DNA of 64,000 nucleotides from a virus (Duplodnaviria; Caudoviricetes): IMG/VR virus record IMGVR_UViG_3300036797_000054, positions 1 to 64,000 of that record; one strand, 5' to 3'. Shown piece by piece: positions 60,894 to 64,000 of this stretch (position 1 is its first letter; each line of letters starts with the position of its first letter). The notes under the pieces were generated by a model. It saw only the letters and a program-made list of their open reading frames with translations, ran no database searches and was not told where the DNA came from. The position numbers and the translations under genes were made by a program.

Positions 60894-62524
60894 CCAGCGT
60901 CATCACGGACTATCGCGCGGAGGACGTCCCGTTCCCCCGCGCGATGACCCGTTTCCCCACGCTGCGCCAGTCGCTGCTCGGGTCCTTCGACCTGTGCGCG
61001 CTGGAGGCGATCTTCGAGTCCGAAAGCGCCTTCATCGGCGACCTGGACGATCCGCTGCGCATGGAGTGGTCTACGCATGAACAGGGCCGCGGCACGCTCT
61101 TCCACCGCTGGGCCGCGCGACTGCTGAATCTGCTCGCCTCGCTTGGAGGCGACCGGCTGAAGGACGACGTGGAGTGCCCCGAGTGTGGCCTTGAGCCCAA
61201 CTTGAAGCTGAACGAGGGCGACTCCGAATACCAGGAGGGCAACGCCTGCCCGCACTGCGCCAAGGTCCGTCCCGAGAAGGACGTACGGCTCGTGCGCAAG
61301 CCGTTGACCGACGTGGCGCTCGACCTGCTGATCGAGGTCAGCCGTCAAGCCGACGTGGAGCCCGAGGACATCGTGACGGTGCCTCAGCACGAAAAGAAGG
61401 ATCTCGAATGGATCGTGACCAAGTTCGCGCGCGAGCAGAGCTTCGGCATCAGCACGTTCGTTGCGGCCGAGGAGCGGCTGATGTCCACGCTGGAGTACCC
61501 CAACCCCAAAGGCGGCGCGGTCCAGCGCGTGCTCACCGGCCAGCTCGACGCTCTGTTCGTGGAGGAGGAAGAGGACGGCGACCACGCCGTCGTGATCGAC
61601 TACAAGGACACCTGGGCCATCCCCGGCGCAACGTCGATCAGCACCGACGGCTACTGGCAGCAGCGCTTCTACGCGTGGCTGGTCATGCGCACCTACCCGA
61701 CGGTGCAGCGCGTCACGCTGAAGGAGGTCTACGTCCGCTTCAAAGCTGGCGAGCAGGGCGATGAGAACCACCGCTCGGCCACGATCGAGCGTTCACGTCT
61801 GCCGCTGATCGAACGCCAGCTCGCCGTCGTCGCCGAGAGCTTTGACCGCGCGTGGGAGGCGTTCGAGGAGCAGCGCGAGGTCCAGGCCGAGTGGGACGGC
61901 GAATCGGAGCTGCGCGAGCAGCTTGCGGAGCGGCTGGCGAAGATCACGCGTCGCGCCCGCGCGCTGACCCGGCCGACGCCGGGGGGGCACTGCAACTACT
62001 GCCCGAAGCCCACGCAGTGCCCGATCGCCGAGAGCGTGCGCGTGCACGGCACGATCCACACGCTGGAGGACGCCGAACGCGTGACCGGGGAGATGACGGT
62101 GGCGAAGCGCATGGTCAAGCACCGCGAGACGGCGCTCAAGGGCTACCTCGGCAAAGGAGGCACCGACACCGAGCGCGCTGCACCGTTGCGCAAGAGCAGC
62201 GAGGGGCTGAAAACCTACAAAGACCGGCGTCCGGGGTTGCCCGAGGGCGTACCTGTCAAGAACGCCAAGGGTGACAAGGCGTACGCGATGGTCGAGGGCA
62301 AACGCAAATCCTCGCCCAGTCGCGAGCAGGTGGAGGAGCTGATCATGGCCGCGGGCAAGGGAGTGCCGATCAACCTGGACGACTACTACCGCGAGGTCGC
62401 CTCCTCGACGCTGCGGCTGGTCGAGCCTGCGGTGCCGACGGACGACGCGCAGGAGGTCAGTCCTGAGATCGAGATAGCGCTCGCGCACTCGATGCAGCGT
62501 CTGGAAACCGCACGGCGCGTATGA
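60890..62524 (+). CDS. PD-(D/E)XK exonuclease (RecB/Cas4-like)
   Basis: GTLFH, GQLD..VIDYK, QQRFYA, HCNYCP..QCP; zinc-ribbon insert. Confidence 0.85.
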   Translation: MTSVITDYRAEDVPFPRAMTRFPTLRQSLLGSFDLCALEAIFESESAFIGDLDDPLRMEWSTHEQGRGTLFHRWAARLLNLLASLGGDRLKDDVECPECGLEPNLKLNEGDSEYQEGNACPHCAKVRPEKDVRLVRKPLTDVALDLLIEVSRQADVEPEDIVTVPQHEKKDLEWIVTKFAREQSFGISTFVAAEERLMSTLEYPNPKGGAVQRVLTGQLDALFVEEEEDGDHAVVIDYKDTWAIPGATSISTDGYWQQRFYAWLVMRTYPTVQRVTLKEVYVRFKAGEQGDENHRSATIERSRLPLIERQLAVVAESFDRAWEAFEEQREVQAEWDGESELREQLAERLAKITRRARALTRPTPGGHCNYCPKPTQCPIAESVRVHGTIHTLEDAERVTGEMTVAKRMVKHRETALKGYLGKGGTDTERAAPLRKSSEGLKTYKDRRPGLPEGVPVKNAKGDKAYAMVEGKRKSSPSREQVEELIMAAGKGVPINLDDYYREVASSTLRLVEPAVPTDDAQEVSPEIEIALAHSMQRLETARRV

Positions 62525-63267
62525 AACGCTCGAAGGGACTCGCGCGAAAGACGGCCCTGCGCTCATCGTCGCTCGATAGACGCTGCGCGCGATGCGGTAC
62601 GCCTTTCCGTGTTCGGTTCCCATCGGATGTGGCTCGATATTGCTCGCGCGAGTGCGGCAGCAACGCAAAGCGAGAGTCAGCCTCACGTCCGCGTCCTGAT
62701 CGCCGATCCCGCGCCAAACGCAAGTGCACCTACTGCGGGGCAGAGTTCGAGCGTCCCCTTTCGCGCAGCAAGGCCACAGCGCCCTACTGCTCGCGTGCCT
62801 GTTGGAAAGCCGACGCGCCAGCGAGACGCGCCGATGCGCGGCGTGCTGCGGAAGCCGCCGAGCCCGCGGACAGGTGCGGCGAACGCAACCCCAACTATCG
62901 ACACGGCCGACGGACAGGCGTACATGATCGCGCGGGTGAGCGCAGATGGAGAGCAGCACGCGGCCGCAGATGCGAGGACCCGCGTTGCAAAGGACGCTGC
63001 GGCAGGCTGATCCAGCACCACGTCGTGTATCGCCAGAAGGTCGAACGGGCGCAAGGCGATATTTGGGACCCCCGCAACAGCATGACGCTCGGCAACGGCT
63101 GCCACAGTCGCCACCACAACAGCACGAAGGGCAAGTTGCCGTTGACGGCGATCCCGTCGGCGGCGATAGAGTTTGCGTACGAGCTACTTGGCCCAGCCGC
63201 ACACGACTACCTGAAACGCCGCTACGCAGGCACCGACCCGCGAGTCGAGGCGCTTCTCGATGGCTGA
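62521..63267 (+). CDS. HNH-like endonuclease with tandem zinc fingers
   Basis: CARCG..YCSREC, CTYCG..YCSRAC, GERNPNY, QHHVV..N..L..CH..HH. Confidence 0.75.
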   Translation: MKRSKGLARKTALRSSSLDRRCARCGTPFRVRFPSDVARYCSRECGSNAKRESASRPRPDRRSRAKRKCTYCGAEFERPLSRSKATAPYCSRACWKADAPARRADARRAAEAAEPADRCGERNPNYRHGRRTGVHDRAGERRWRAARGRRCEDPRCKGRCGRLIQHHVVYRQKVERAQGDIWDPRNSMTLGNGCHSRHHNSTKGKLPLTAIPSAAIEFAYELLGPAAHDYLKRRYAGTDPRVEALLDG

Positions 63268-63595
63268 CACGCTCACGCGGAAAACGCCGGTGACGATGAG
63301 CGTCGGCGGCCAGGTCTGGAACGGGCTGCTCCAGCAGGTGTGCGCTCGGCTCGGCCACCACTGGCGGCCCTATGGCAAGCCGCGCTCCGATGGCTACAAC
63401 CTGCCTCACGGCCAGCGCGACTACTGCACCCGCTGCGAAGGCCAGCAGATCACGTTCAGGGATGGGTCCGTTGAGACGTGCACAAAGGCAGAGCTCTTGG
63501 CGTGCGAGCCCCGCTTCGCTGAGGCGCTGTACGAGGCGCGGTGGGGCGATCGACCAAGACAGAAGCTGTGGAGAGGCGAGTGGCCCGCGGTCTAG
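63260..63595 (+). CDS. hypothetical protein
   Basis: CARLGHHW..CTRC. Confidence 0.6.
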   Translation: MADTLTRKTPVTMSVGGQVWNGLLQQVCARLGHHWRPYGKPRSDGYNLPHGQRDYCTRCEGQQITFRDGSVETCTKAELLACEPRFAEALYEARWGDRPRQKLWRGEWPAV

Positions 63596-63674
63596 CTAGC
63601 CTCGCGCAGAGCCGCGAGCACGAGCGCAGGGTCGATGCAGCGACAATAGACCCCAATCCCAACGGAGGTGCGAG

Positions 63675-64000
63675 ATGCCAGATGAGAATGAGCTGCGCGT
63701 AGCGCGCAACCTCGCGCTGCCGTTGGCGCTGGTTGGCGAGAGCGTGGCGATCCTCGCCAAGCGCAACGCGGGCAAGACCTACGCCGCGAGCGTGATCGAG
63801 GAGGAGCTGATCAGCCACGGCCAGCAGGTGGTCGTGCTCGACCCCGTGGGCGTGCACTACGGCCTGCGCTCGAACGCCAAGGGCACAGGCGCAGGGCTGC
63901 CCGTGGTCGTGCTCGGCGGCGAACACGGCGACCTTCCGATCAACGGCGACTCGGGGACGATCATCGCCGACTTGGTGATCGACGCGTGGCCGCAGTCGTT
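63675..64000 (+). CDS. HerA/FtsK-like ATPase (DUF87 type), truncated by window end
   Basis: Own translation: VAILAKRNAGKTY..VVVLDPVG; GGAGGTGCGAG-ATG. Confidence 0.8.
   Translation, partial: MPDENELRVARNLALPLALVGESVAILAKRNAGKTYAASVIEEELISHGQQVVVLDPVGVHYGLRSNAKGTGAGLPVVVLGGEHGDLPINGDSGTIIADLVIDAWPQS

Noticed and set aside
60890-62524. Cas4 as a sign of a CRISPR-Cas locus
   Set aside because: Paired with RecT/Bet as a phage recombination exonuclease; no cas genes or array
1-64000. Integrase, att sites or host flanking genes
   Set aside because: None recognised, so prophage versus free phage cannot be decided from this window

Overview
64 kb segment of a high-GC tailed dsDNA phage or prophage with a contractile tail, most likely infecting an actinobacterium. 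All credible genes lie on the + strand. The window holds a near-complete morphogenesis set: intein-containing gpA-type terminase, portal, MuF fusion, prohead protease/scaffold, cement and major capsid proteins, neck genes, sheath, tube, frameshifting chaperone, tape measure, PBSX Xkd-like baseplate and fibres. It also has lysis genes, four free-standing HNH genes, a RecT/Bet plus exonuclease pair, and islands of small accessory genes interleaved among the structural genes. The most striking signal is regulatory. (i) Three sigma70-type promoters share a 17-bp operator in their spacer. (ii) Five non-structural genes share the extended ribosome-binding site GGAGGTGCGA(N)ATG. (iii) Eight copies of a WTAG-N11-(-10) motif occur, and seven sit 6-8 nt before the start codon of morphogenesis or membrane genes, implying leaderless late mRNAs. 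(iv) The remaining copy precedes a hairpin RNA (18252-18348) whose loop is the exact reverse complement of the shared RBS, suggesting an antisense switch that silences those genes late in infection. A second candidate system is a set of head-associated cargo proteins: a MuF-kinase-like-ART fusion, a 1682-aa ART-like protein with many SH3-like modules, and a peptidoglycan-binding protein. They share an HPR/G[ER]F motif and [ILV]-x-E-[AS] putative protease sites. All family calls come from motif recognition by eye; no searches were run.
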